From the NCBI RefSeq assembly GCF_009914755.1, contig NC_060929.1: DNA of 64,000 bases, one strand, 5' to 3'. A model generated the notes under the pieces. It saw only the letters and a list, made by a program, of their open reading frames with translations, made no database searches and was not told the origin of the DNA. Below are positions 51,010 to 62,711 of this stretch, in pieces (the first letter of the stretch is position 1; the number at the start of each line of letters is the position of its first letter). Made by a program: the position numbers and the translations under genes. This stretch comes from the human T2T-CHM13v2.0 reference genome, Homo sapiens.

Positions 51010-52630
51010 TATAACTAACTTCTAGAGATTAAAACTGCAATGTATGACATTAAAAAATGCTTTTGAGGGGACTAATATCAGATAAGACATTGAAGGAAAG
51101 AAGACTAGTGAACCTGAAACCAAGCAATAGAAACCATCTAAAATGAAACACAGATTAAAAGGGGATATTTAAAAAATAAACTGAATATCAGTGAGATGTG
51201 AGACAAATTTCAGAGGCTGAATATGTATGTAATTGGAGTGCCCAAAAGAGGGAGAGGAAGAAGACAGGAAACATTTTGAAAAAGTAATGCCTGAACATTT
51301 TCCAAATTCAAGGATAACTATAAGCCCATAGATCTAAGGAACTCAACAATCTCTGAGCAATATACACATGATGAAAACAATGCCAAGGCAAATTAAAAGC
51401 ATAATGCTCAAATGCCGTAAAAAAGTGTATATATTAAAAAAAAAAAAGGAAAGAAAATGACACATTACATTACAGACAGAACAAAGATAAGGATGACAGC
51501 AGACTTCTCAGCAGAAACAATGCAATTGAGAAGACAGTAGAACAACATAATTAAAGTATTCAAAAGAGGAAGAAAAAAAAACAACCTGTCAACCTAAAAT
51601 TCTTTACCCAGAAAAGTATCTTTCATGAGGCTGAAACAAAGGTAACATAAAGACTTTTTAAGACAGAATTTAGCTGAAAGACTTCATCACTAGTCAACCT
51701 ACATTCCAAGAAATGTTAAAGGAAGCCATTCAGGCACAAGGAAAATGATGCTAGATGGAAATATAGGTTTACACGAACGCTGAGCACTGGAAATGGTAAA
51801 TATAAACTTTTTTCTTATCTTTTAAACTTCAGTAGCAGGTAATTGTTTAAACAATAATAAAGACAACATAATTTGTCATTTGTAACATATGTAAAAGTAA
51901 AATAGCCCAAAACTTCGAAAAAGCCTACTACTGCATACAAGCAAAGGTATAACAACCTGGATGAATCTCAAAATAATTATGCTGAGTGAAAGGAGACCAA
52001 GAAAATAGTATATGGTCAATTCATATGAAATTCTAGAAAGTATAAATTAATGTATAGAGACAGAAAAATAAAAGCAAATTAGTGGTTACTTGAAGATGAG
52101 CAGAGAGGTAGAAGATAAGGAGGAGAGGGAGAGATTACCAAAGGGCTAGGAAGGAAACATATATATTTACTACATTAATTCATTTTCACACTGCTGATAA
52201 AGACGTACCTGAGACTGGGTAATTCATACAGGAAAAATTTATACAGTTCCACATGGCTGTGGAGGCCTCACAATCATGGTGGAAGGCAAGGAGGAGCAAG
52301 TCACATCTTACATGGATGGCAGCAGGCAAAGAGAGAGAGAGCTTGTGCAGGGAAACTCCTGTTTTTAAAACCATCAGATCTCATGAGACTTATTCACTAT
52401 CACGAGAACAGCATGGGAAAGACCCACCTCCATGATTCAATTAACTACTACTGGGTTCTTCTCATGACATGTGGAAATTGTGGGAGTTACAATTCAAGAT
52501 GAGATTTGAGTAGGGACACAGCCAAACCATATCAGTGGCATTCATGTCACAGTTACAACTTATAAAACTGTGTATTTTAAATTTGTACAGTTTGTTGTAT
52601 GTAAATTATTCTACAGTAAAAATATTTTTT
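51010..52630 (+). mobile_element. L1ME-type element resumed: ORF1 remainder then 3'UTR
   Basis: aacttctagagattaaaactgcaatg ORF1; ggatgaatctcaaaataattatgctgagtgaaag 3'UTR; last piece lies after the THE1. Confidence 0.75.
52171..52534 (-). mobile_element. THE1A-type MaLR solo LTR
   Basis: gaggagcaagtcacatcttacatggatggcagcagg ... gggacacagccaaaccatatca. Confidence 0.92.
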
Positions 52631-52644
52631 AAACATAAACATGT

Positions 52645-52925
52645 GGCCAGGTTCAGGGCTCATGCACTTTAGGAGGCCATAGCAGGAGTATAGCTTGAGG
52701 GCAGGTGTTTGAGGCCAGCCTAGGCAAAATGGAGAGACCCCACTTCTACGAAAAAATTAGCCAGCCTTAGTGGCACATGCCTGTAGCCATAGCTATTCAG
52801 GAAGCTGAGGGAGGAGGATTGCTTGAGGCCAGGAGTTTGAGGCTACAGTGAGTTATGACTATGCCACTACACTCCAGCCTGAGCAACAGAGTGAGATCTG
52901 TCTCTAAAACAAGCAAACAAAGCAT
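52645..52925 (+). mobile_element. AluJ
   Basis: Dimeric Alu, ggaggattgcttgaggccaggagtttgaggctacagtgag; imperfect TSD aaacataaacatg/aagcataaaaatg. Confidence 0.9.
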
Positions 52926-53704
52926 AAAAATGAAACATACTGAAACCACCTGAGGTCAGATAATTTTATAATTTTATATGTATTTGTTTATCTACTTGCT
53001 GCTTTTAAATTCTAGCAAATAGACTTTTGGTTCATTTTTAAATATTTAAGTATTTGTTTGAAGAAATTTTTGTTTTTATACTTCTCTATAATAGATGACA
53101 ACTTTGTGTGGCTCTTCTAGGTATATCCAAAGGTTGCAGACATGATTATGGGCACAGCTAAGACAGAGTGTAAACAAACTAAATGCCGCCAGGGATCGAC
53201 ATCAGCGGCACATTTCTTTGCTGTTATTTTTAGTAAATGAAAGTATTGTGAATATTGAAGTGGCTCTGTCTTTGAATGTGGATCTCTACTATGGATGTAA
53301 AACTTTTATCCAGTGCCAAATAATGAAGTGGGAACTGGCTTCTCAAAGTTGTTTTCACTTGTAAGATTGCAAGTAGATATATTTCCATGGATGTTAAATA
53401 TCAGCTTCTGGGCATTCTGCCATAATTTTAAGACAGCTGAGAAAAGTGATCTTAAAGTGTGGGCCACAGCCTAGTGGTAATCTTTAAAGGTCTTCCACGT
53501 GGTTCATGAAGTCATTAAAGGGACAAATCACAGGAAACTCTGGGCACTTTAGTGTTTTTCTCCATTTCAGATTTAGAGCAACATTAAAAGTCACAACAAT
53601 CATCATTGTTCTTCTCTTATAGCATTAATTTTGATTTAAAAAAAACCATTCAAACTAGATATAAAGGGGCTAACTATGAGTAGCCACTTTTGCATTTTTT
53701 TTCC

Positions 53705-53870
53705 TTAAAGTGTTCTGCAAACCAGCTGCCCCAGAAGTATCTGAAAAACTTAAAAGGCGGATTCTGCTTCCCACCCCAAATCTATATTGGATTATTTAAG
53801 GATGAAGCCAGAAATCTAACTTAAACAGACTAGTGATTCTTATGTATACAAAGATTTGAATGCTACAGCT
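53705..53870. mobile_element. MER5-type element
   Basis: ggattctgcttcccacccca..gtgattcttatgtataca aagatttgaa. Confidence 0.5.
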
Positions 53871-54139
53871 TTGCCCCTGTGGATGGATTTTTACCTGGAC
53901 AGTAAAATATATTTCATAAAATTAAGAACACACTAGTGTGTTGCTTGACTATGGACTGCATTGTTGGTAACAACCTCTTTCATTCTTCTGTTTATCTTTG
54001 GTGTGGTGGACTGAGCTACAATCAGAATTATAAGGTCACATTCAAAGATGATCAAGAAAACCAAAAGACTTCTGAGAAGTGGTTTGAAGAGTGAATGAGG
54101 AAGCAGCCGGGCATCTGTTTTACCAGGTTTTGACGAATC

Positions 54140-54395
54140 AAAGTGAAAGTAACCAGGCACAGAAAGATAAATATTGCATTTTCTCACTCACATAGGGGAG
54201 CTAAAGAAAAGTGGATCTCATGAAGATTGAGAGTAGATTGGCAGTTACTAAAGCCTGGGAAGGGGAGGGAGGAGTGCACATGAAGGGGGAGAAATATATA
54301 GAGATACATATATTTATTACCAGCGAACTGTATACTTAAAAATGATAAAGATGGTAAATGTTATATGTATATTTTACCTCAATAAAAAATATATT
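54140..54395 (+). mobile_element. L1MA/MB 3'-end fragment
   Basis: aagtgaaagtaaccaggcacagaaagataaata..aactgtatacttaaaa. Confidence 0.8.
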
Positions 54396-55509
54396 GGAAA
54401 ATGTACTACCGAATGCTTTACAATGGAAAAAAATCTAATGATCTTAAGCCTAAAGCCCTCATTGAAACAATTATTTTATAATCTAATTTTTTAAATGTGA
54501 GAAACTTAAGAAAAAAACTGTAACAGAATAAATTACACAGAAAGATTCCTACAGGCTACTAAGCCTTTATGGACCTAAAACTGCCAAAACTAAAGGGCCA
54601 GGGAGGTCACAGTGACCAACAGCAAAGAACCTGGCTGCTCCTGGCCAAGCCTTTAGAAATTACTTATATTTTTATACCTAAAATTTCTCAATCATAAGAA
54701 ACAAAATTAGCACTATGATAACCTAATAGGCATTTATGTCTGTACATCAACAGCTATAGGGTAAATACAAACTTTGAGCTCACTGGGCTAAGCGACTGAT
54801 AGTGTAGATGCTACAAAAAGACAAAGGCTAGGTCTAAAAAAACAACAGAATACAATGTATTGTTTTAAATGGAACATATCATCAGCACAAGGAGAAAACA
54901 GATTGGGTTCAATGTGCCCTTCCTTTGGGTATATGGTAGGTTCCCCCAGTATCTCTTCATCCACTGACTCACTAGTATACCAGAGTCAGGTAGGAGAGGA
55001 TAGTTGGTGAGTTTTAAGGGAATAACCCTGGACTTGGGAGCCTAAGCACAGTCTAAACTGTGTCCTGCTGGAGTCCCTAGGTGTGAGGGTCTCAACCTGA
55101 CATTTGGAAATTTATGTTGCCCCGCCTTGCCAAGTCAAGTCTGCACAGAATGGTGAGCCAGCTTTTGGTGTGAGTGCAAGGCCTAAACCATGAGTTAATA
55201 GTGGCAGGCTGTTTCTGTGTGATACTTCACCTTCAACTGTACATGAGAAGAGGAGGCTTAGAAACAACATTAGTAAGCAGAATAAAATAATGTGTATTTA
55301 TTGTGATTTAAAGAAATCATAGGAAGTAGCCAATTAGTAGATGTTGGAATTAAGGTCACACAAATAGAAATTGTTGCTGTATGAGCCCTCCACATTAGAC
55401 TGGACTCTTAATTTGTACATTATGTACCCCCTCCTCATCTCTAGATTATTGGGGTTCAGGTGAAAAGAGATCACATTCATGGGAAGTCCTCCCCACCACC
55501 TCTTTCCAT

Positions 55510-55790
55510 GTCAAAGTCTTTCTGTCTACCTCAAATACTGCTACTTCCCTGAAGCCACCCTGCCTTCACTCTATCAGAATTATTTTCTTGAAGCCTCTGC
55601 TTTGTTCCTTATAGACTTTGCAACTCTTTCATAGCACATACACATTTCATGATGAAGTTATTGCCTGTCTGTCCCCCTTAATTAAACTGAAAGACAAAGT
55701 CCATGACTGATTATCTTTGTATCTTCCACAGCACAAAGCACATTACCTTGCACAGAATTGGCATTTGATATTATTTAGTTGACTGAATTT
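55510..55790 (+). mobile_element. L2 3' end
   Basis: atctttgtatcttccacagc..gcacaga..gttgactgaat. Confidence 0.6.
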
Positions 55791-55936
55791 AAAGAGGTCA
55801 TAAAAATGATCATGGAATTTTCAGAGTAAATACATTTAGCTAGATAAAATAAGGTGTATTTCGTCTGCTTTTAAAAAGTCATAGAAATAGTTCCCAAAGA
55901 GGATGTTAGAGTTACCCAGTTTCAGCCAGGATTTAC

Positions 55937-56024
55937 CTAGATCAGAAGCCCAGATCTGCACAGTGTCTTCAGTATATTTAAATGTATTTGAAAAGCATGA
56001 TTCAAGATCATCATCCTCTCCATC
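55937..56024 (-). pseudogene. Pseudo-exon (88 nt, frame still open): FTP-like domain core
   Basis: Acceptor ttttgaactctcag, donor tag|gtaaat. Reads DGEDDDLESCFSNTFKYTEDTVQIWASDL(G), like FTP DG.....SC.HT......WW.VDLG; phase 0 start matches the upstream exon. Confidence 0.65.
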
Positions 56025-56652
56025 CTGAGAGTTCAAAATATAGTACTTTATATTTATATGTAGCGGCCACACATCTTTTTACAATCACTGTGGTTTTTTG
56101 CCCTTCTTTCATTTTTACTTATAGCTAGAAAGTTTTTGATGAAATAACTTGAGTTAAATAGTCTTAATTGATGTCTAATCTCCAAGTGATCAGATCTATT
56201 CAAAAGTCTACTACTGTAGACATTTTAGTGGCAGAAATGCATAATTAAACATCTGTCCCTAAATATATAATGCACAGAAAGTAAATAAAATAGAAATTAA
56301 TGTAAGTATTTTTTAAACTTGGTAAAAAAATCCATTTATTTATGGAAACAATTGAATCATACCATTATTGTAATCAACTTTATAATGGTATGATCTTTTG
56401 ATCCCTTCTCCCCAAATTAGATAATACATAGACTTAGTTATATTCAGATGTATTTATACAAAGATAGTGCAGTGTGTTTTTATTCTATAGCAACCTATGT
56501 CTTAAATGTATACATAAGTTTATAAAGTATATCTACCTTGTATGTAATCTACCTCTAGGGAAGTCATATTTTTTTATTTTTCTCAAATGTAAAGATAAAC
56601 GAGACAATTTAGAAGTCAGTAATGAGCAGTTAGTAATTTAGGAATGACTAAC

Positions 56653-56739
56653 AGTATCTTCAGCTACAATTTTGGAATCTGAAAACTGCTAGGATCTAGG
56701 GAGCAATTTTATTGGCCATTAAAATGTTCTTAAGTTGTC
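56653..56739 (-). pseudogene. Pseudo-exon: F-type lectin (FTP)/discoidin-like domain start
   Basis: Acceptor tttatatttttatag, donor act|gttagt (phase 0). Reads QLKNILMANKIAP* / S*QFSDSKIVAEDT, like FTP N(I/V)A..K.A.QSS......A..(AV)DG; one frameshift. Confidence 0.6.
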
Positions 56740-57069
56740 CTATAAAAATATAAAGTTTCTACTGATAAGCAGAGCTATTAGTGGTCAGCTTAATTTTAAA
56801 CAAATTTAAATATATTAATTTTCCTACTAAATATTTAATTATGTATGCTGATGACAGCAAAGTGATTCTACAGACTAGAATTATCTTGGGGTAATCAAAG
56901 CCTCAGGAAAATGAAGGAATTTTGATTGTGGCTGGCTCTTTTAACTCGGAGTAGCTATTTATTTTTTTACAACATAAAAAGCCTGTTTTCTTGCTAGCTG
57001 GGCCACATGGGAAATTCAACAGTTTCAGTTCCAGTCAAGAAATATGCATTAGGCACCTTCTACAAGAGA

Positions 57070-57325
57070 AGTCAGTATAGCACAATGGTTAACAATATGG
57101 CCTCAGGACCTAACTGCCTGCTCAGACCCTTGCTTCACCCACTTGGTACCTGGTTGATTGCCAAAGTTACTTAACAACTCTGTGCCTCAGTTTCCTTATC
57201 TGTAAAATAGGGATGCTGGTCGTTACAGTACCCATATCATCAGACAAAGTAAGTTTAAAAAAAAGTGCATGAGCTTCTTTAAAAAGTTTTGATGTAAGAG
57301 TGCTTGATAAATGTCAGCTGTTGTA
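57070..57325 (+). mobile_element. MIR
   Basis: ctctgtgcctcagtttccttatctgtaaaataggga. Confidence 0.9.
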
Positions 57326-57699
57326 ATGTGAAAGGCACTGTGTTTGGTGCTAGGCTTACAGGATAAATACAACACAATCTCCTTCCATAAAACAAGGCAA
57401 TTCTGCAAACCTCAGGCAAATGGCCATCAACTTGGTCTTCATAAAACCACCTGGGAGCACACTACAGGACCACTCTAAGAGGAAATGATGACTTTGTACT
57501 TCCAACTTATATACTTTCCTTATATCACAAGTTCCTAAAGAACTTAGTCTTGAGGAAAGAGCTAATTTGAATCTTAAGAAGAAATAACTTTCCTTCTGTT
57601 GGTGTTCAGCAGCACCCCAGAGAAAGACATTCCCCAGGAATTACTTTTCTGGTCTGTTACTGTTATAATTGGTTTCCAAGTGTTACCGATCCTTCTCAC

Positions 57700-57915
57700 C
57701 AGAAAGTGGCTGGAAAACAATAATTCATTTCTAGTCCTTTCCCACTTGAGACAGAATTTGAGTTTATAAATTCAGCCTTAAAAGATCAATACACACTTCC
57801 AAGCCAGCATATCCTCTCATCTTAAAATGGGTTTGTTTTTTATGTATAAAAAGCCAGTGGCTTAACTGAGTAGACACTATCATTTTTACAGGGCTAATTG
57901 CATTTGGATAGGGCC
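57700..57915 (-). pseudogene. Pseudo-exon: PAN/apple-like domain, Cys core
   Basis: Acceptor cccctcccccag, donor ctg|gtgaga. Reads (R)ALSKCN*PCKNDSVY, TGFLY, DERICWLG across frameshifts, fitting C-x3-C-x5-C-x-(G)F-x-Y...C-x-L. Confidence 0.55.
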
Positions 57916-58029
57916 CTGGGGGAGGGGAGTGGTGGGCTACGGTAGGCACAGGTAGATGGGGGACATCTGGCATTCTTTGGGAATTGTTGACATTTTGCTT
58001 TTTTCCTCTGTCACTCGATAACCCTTCTT

Positions 58030-58760
58030 CTAACAGTGGTAGACATTCCAAGGTAGCTGGCTTGAGCAAACAAAGAGAACTTACTGGCTCACATTACAAA
58101 AAAAAAAAAAAATTCTGGATAAACTGCATTCAGGAGCAGCTGGACCAGACAGAACTCAGTAAGTATCAAGGCTCCATCTCTGCACACGACGGGTATGATG
58201 TCCCCTAACAGCCCCAGAGTCCCATCCTGCTAGCTTTGTAACGCCTGCAGAAAGACAAAATGTGCAACTTCTACCCATACCATCTCCCTTCTCTTGGACC
58301 ATGTGCCCAGCCTTGGACTAATCTTTGTTTCCAGGCAGGTAGGGTACAAGTAAGTCATCTGCCCACCCTTAGAGCAGCACTATTGTGAACTAGATAAGAA
58401 CAGAAGTCTGGAGACACAATACCCAGGTTTGGATCTCACTTTCACCACTTAACTAGCTGCGTGACATTAGGCAAATCATTTAGCCAAACTGTGCCAAACG
58501 GATTAAACTGAGTTTATACATGTAAGGCATTAAGACTAGCACCTGACACCTAATAACCACCGTGCTGACAACTATGATGAAGAGCAGAATGATGGTAGTG
58601 GGGATAAGGAGGAAGAAGATGCAGAAAAGGAGAAATCAGGGACTGGTAGCCCCACCAGAAGTACATGGACTAAAGGAAGGACGATCTTGAAAGGAACTCG
58701 GGTTCATGGCAGAAAACAAGAACAATGAAAACTAGCAATAACTAGCAGATATTTGTTTGT
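58030..58760 (-). mobile_element. MLT1K-like LTR split by a MIR (about 58375-58570)
   Basis: ctggcttgagcaaacaaagagaacttactggctcac; MIR cacttaactagctgcgtgacattaggcaaatcattta. Confidence 0.65.
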
Positions 58761-58775
58761 AGCCCCTACACCAAC

Positions 58776-58901
58776 CTGTTATGCCCTGCTTTGTTCCCTA
58801 ATAGAAGTCCACGTAGTTTGGGTGCTAGAAATATAAAACCTGGAATGTGATAAGTAAATCTCTGTGGATATCCTTGGTGTTATAAATGTGCTGCTTCTCT
58901 G
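58776..58901 (-). pseudogene. Pseudo-exon: PAN/apple-like domain, first part
   Basis: Acceptor tttatttttaaaag/cag, donor cag|gttggt (phase 2). Reads [29 protein letters not shown] and joins in frame to the exon starting at 57915. Confidence 0.5.
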
Positions 58902-58921
58902 CTTTTAAAAATAAAGCATTT

Positions 58922-59208
58922 GGGCCAGGCATGGTGGCTCACACCTGTAATCCCAGCATTTTGGGAGGCCAAGGCGAGCGGATCACATGAGGCCAGGAAA
59001 TGGAGACTAGCCTGGCCAACATGGTGAAATTTTGTAAAAATACAAAAATTAGCCACGAGTGGTGGCATGAGCCTGTAATCCCAGCTACTTGGGAGACTGA
59101 GCCAAGATCGCACCGCTGCACTCCAGCCTGGGTGACAGAGTGAGACTCTGTCTCTAAAAAATAAAATAAAATAAGTAAAATAAAATAAAGCAAAACAAAA
59201 TAAAATAA
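58922..59208 (+). mobile_element. AluS with internal deletions and (TAAAA)n tail
   Basis: ggccaggcatggtggctcacacctgtaatcccagc; right arm lacks the gaggcaggagaatc..gcagt block. Confidence 0.95.
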
Positions 59209-60659
59209 CATCTTGACCTAGTAAAGGCATTGTTTAGGACTTCTCCAAATAACTTCCCATTTGTAATGCTCATCAATTTGTACATGACTAAAGGAATGAT
59301 ACGCATGATTGTGTTGCAGGATGGAAAAAACCTACCTCAGACATATCTTTTTAAAAAAAATAATGTCAATCCCCCCAAACTTCTTTCCTACAGGAAATGA
59401 ACTGCACGTCAGCTGTGCAGGCAGGGAGAAAGGAGGTGGAAGAGGCAAGGGAGCAAGAAAGGAAGGAGGGAAGCAAAATAAACCCACTCCTGTGTAGAGC
59501 GTTGGAAATGTGGCACTAACAAAGACTTCCTGTTCCACATAGAATCAGCGCTGGCAGAGGCGGCATGCAGGGCTGTGGGTGTACTCAGCTGTGCAGAGCT
59601 GATTATAGAAGATGAAAGGGCTTGGCAATTTATTTCATCTCACACTGAAGCACTGCTGACAACTGAAAGTGAGGACAGAAGGATTCATTTGTTCAACTTC
59701 TGTTTTAAAAAACAGACTTCAAATGATACCACAGAGAAAAAGGAGGAAACGCTGCAGTGTAATAAAATGTCTATTTTTAAAAAACACACTAGCTGCAGCA
59801 TTTTTATTTCATAGGTGGGTTTGAAGGCAAAGGGGTTGGCTTTTTTGTGGTTGTTATCAATTCCAGGGAATGTGACATGCACGCAGGATCAATTACTAAT
59901 CAAATAGACCACGTTCACCTAATCTGACCAAAGCTCTCGTGTACATTCATCCTTGAGTCCAAAGATGAGTCACAGTGAGGAAAACCTAACCCTGCAGTGT
60001 TTAAATACTTCCTATGCAGGATCTTTATACTAAAACTGAATAAATGTATGATATATGATGGAGAATCTATTTTAAATTTTATAATCCTGGTCATCTTAAT
60101 TTTTAGTTCACAAATTCAGATTTTCTTCATTTATCTATATGATTGCGTTTGCTTGAATTTTTGGAAGAAAATGTTATATTTCCTTTTAAATAAAATGTGT
60201 TATGACTTCTCATCAGCATATTTAATGTTTGAGAATGAGGAATATTTTTCAGTTCAAAGACTCATATAAATTATTGTGAAATCTAATCTACCTAGCAAAG
60301 TGGTCTTATCCCAAAAGATTTATAGAGATGGGTAATATCCCATACTGGTAGCACATTAGTTATTTATGATTAATATACAAATACAAATGTTAATGAAAAA
60401 GATTTTTAAAAAATTCTTCCTATAATCATTAAAATTAAACTATCAGTAACATGAGCATATTAGCCTTAAGCAATTTCTTAAGCAATTCAGGTAAATGATT
60501 GATTCCTTTCTTTGTAATTTATATCAGAAATTTAGTCATATTTACTATTTTAAATATAGGTTTTCTTTGGAGGAACACACCAGAGCAATAGAAATGGAAA
60601 AGATTACAGCTAAAATACATTCTCTAGCTCCCCTAGGCCTCTAGAAACCATTAAATTTA

Positions 60660-61300
60660 AGAGTTCATTTTCTAGCAATATATTTGGAGCACCTGCTGTG
60701 TGTCAGGCACTGTTTTAGGTACTAGGAATAACAGCATTTACCAGGAGCTTCTGTTACCAAGCTCACTGTGTGAGGCTGGCAGGTTTACCCTGTCTCACTC
60801 CAGGAACAACATCCACATAGACAACAATGTGAGGGGTCTGCCTGGAGTTGGGCAATGCACAGCCCTGCTTATGGTCTAACAGAAAATGTAGAAGTAAACT
60901 AACAGGAAATCAGATAAGAGTAAGAATTCAATGTAGAAAATAAAAACCCACAGGTAGCACCATAAAGGATAAGAAGAGGGGCCACATCATAAGAGATTTT
61001 AAGAACGGTCTTGCTAAGTAGTAGTATTTAAGCTGAGATTGGAATGATAAGGAAGATCTAGCTTTGTGAAGATCTGAGGAAGAACATTCTAAAGATGAAA
61101 ACACAAGATGAGCCTGGCAGCCTCTGGGATCAGAGAGAAGACCTGAGCAACTGGAGTGCTGAGCCCAGGGGGAGCAGGGTGGGCCAAAGAAGGTCACAGG
61201 TAAGAGAGGGGCCACTCTTCAGAGGGGCTGACAAGCCAAGGAGTTTGACATCTTTCTAAGGACAAAAGGAAGCTCCTGGAGAGTCCCTTCCAATAAGGAG
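60660..61300 (-). mobile_element. L2 fragments
   Basis: gagcacctgctgtgtgtcaggcactgttttaggtactagga. Confidence 0.8.
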
Positions 61301-61439
61301 AATGATGTTGGAGTCTCATGTAGCACAAAAGCAGCCCAGCATGGGTGCTCCTGTTTTGTCCTGGATGATTCAGAGCCTCAGATGATGGGATCTGAAGATG
61401 AGAAGAGCAAGTAGGGAGATAAACTATAATTGAATGATG

Positions 61440-61594
61440 ATTATTTCATTGAGGTTCTAATTGAAAAATTACAATCCAAACCATACAGAAGCAAACCCAA
61501 ACCAGTAATATTACATTTGTTTGTCTGAATAATTATTTTTCAAAGACACTCAGACACCAAATTGTACATTTTTGCTCTGCTATAATGAATGGTA
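61440..61594 (-). pseudogene. Pseudo-exon: C-type lectin domain, N-terminal half
   Basis: Acceptor ttccattttgtttcag. Translation PFIIAEQKCTIWCLSV, then after a frameshift GFASVWFGL, matching the CTL pattern F..A...C...L...WIGL. Confidence 0.6.
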
Positions 61595-62489
61595 CTGAAA
61601 CAAAATGGAAGACTGAACATACTGTGAAAAGAATGTTACAAGTGGTGGTTCATGTGCCAGTGGGCTCTGACCCCAGCGTCCTCTAGTTAGGTTATATAGA
61701 GGTAAATATTAAGTGTAATATTGAATATTCAATAATGCTTCAATATTGAGTATGGCTTAATTATACATAGCTTCATATTGCATTGTGTATACCAAAACAC
61801 ACCAAAAAATGTAACCACTTTTCTATATAAGCTACCATTTATAATGTAGCTTATGTGTTTCATTATGTTATGAAAATACCAAAGATACTTAGAAGTGGAA
61901 AAGCATATAAATCAGAAATGTTATAGGTAGTCAATAAATGTTTGAACAAATAATACCTAGACTTTAATCATTTGTCATTCAATAAAAATGTTATTTTATT
62001 GAAATTATTTGAGCTGTAAGTTCATTTGAATAATTTTTCTTGGTTTTTATGATAAAATTTAATTCTATCTAGTATGTAGGGTACATATTATATTTTATTG
62101 ATAGAGGAAAAATTATATATATGAATGAAACATTATCATTAACAACTCCATTACTCCATTTTAATACATGATATATTGGGGAATATCATAGGTATACTCA
62201 GTTTGGGGCATAGATATTACTTTTATAAAGATAACTTGGAGGCAGTAATGATTGATTTAGTTGGAATGTTTTGAGAAAGCTTGTCCTACAGTAAACTTTT
62301 CATAAATTTGCCCTCACAAAAGAGTTAAATAATAGGGAAATGCTTTAAAGTTATGTCAAAGATGGTACTCAGAGTAACCAGATATATGAAAAATAAATCA
62401 CTGACTCAAGCACATGAAAATATCAACAAGTATTTTGGCAATTAGGTGAACTAAAACCACATCTGGTGATTTTTTTTCAAACCCTGCCT

Positions 62490-62705
62490 CTTATTTTTAT
62501 CAAGGTATAAATTATTCACAGTGAAAAGCAAACATCTTAAGTTTACAGTTCAGTGGGTTGCAACAAATGTATGCACCCATATAAGCAGCACCCATACCAA
62601 AGAAATTCCCTTCATGGCTCTTTACAATCAATTTCCTCACCCCTCATGCAGAGGTAATCACTTTCCGGATTTCTATCACCATAGCTTCGTTTTAACAGTT
62701 CTAGT
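62490..62705 (-). mobile_element. L1ME-type 3'-end fragment
   Basis: catcttaagtttacagttcagtg..ttctatcaccatag. Confidence 0.7.
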
Positions 62706-62711
62706 AATTGG

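Larger units (their letters stand above)
53300..55440 (-). pseudogene. Possible remnants of the rest of the FTP-like domain
   Basis: DEEGVHNVQI near 55410-55440, IIFECD..LIVAQS near 54015-54055, and VLKLWQ (LxLCE-like) after acceptor ttttctcag near 53436. Weak matches in the expected order. Confidence 0.3.
480..61594 (-). pseudogene. Decayed multi-exon polycystin-1-family (PKD1-like) unprocessed pseudogene, probably continuing beyond the left edge
   Basis: More than 25 minus-strand segments between repeats translate, with stops and frameshifts, to polycystin motifs in the canonical N-to-C order (CTL, PAN, FTP-like, PKD repeats, REJ, GAIN/GPS, TM1, PLAT, TM2-6). Several retain AG/GT splice sites with compatible phases. 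Confidence 0.85.

Noticed and set aside
59919-59991. Minus-strand candidate exon resembling an FTP C-terminus (HCD/LIFG)
   Set aside because: Too short and frameshifted to support on its own; worth rechecking against an ortholog.
480-61594. Assigning the fossil to PKD1, PKD1L1-3, PKDREJ or pkd1b
   Set aside because: The decay and PAN/FTP-like modules do not fit the known human genes or the recent PKD1 duplicates. Orthology to non-mammalian pkd1b needs synteny and phylogeny that I cannot run.
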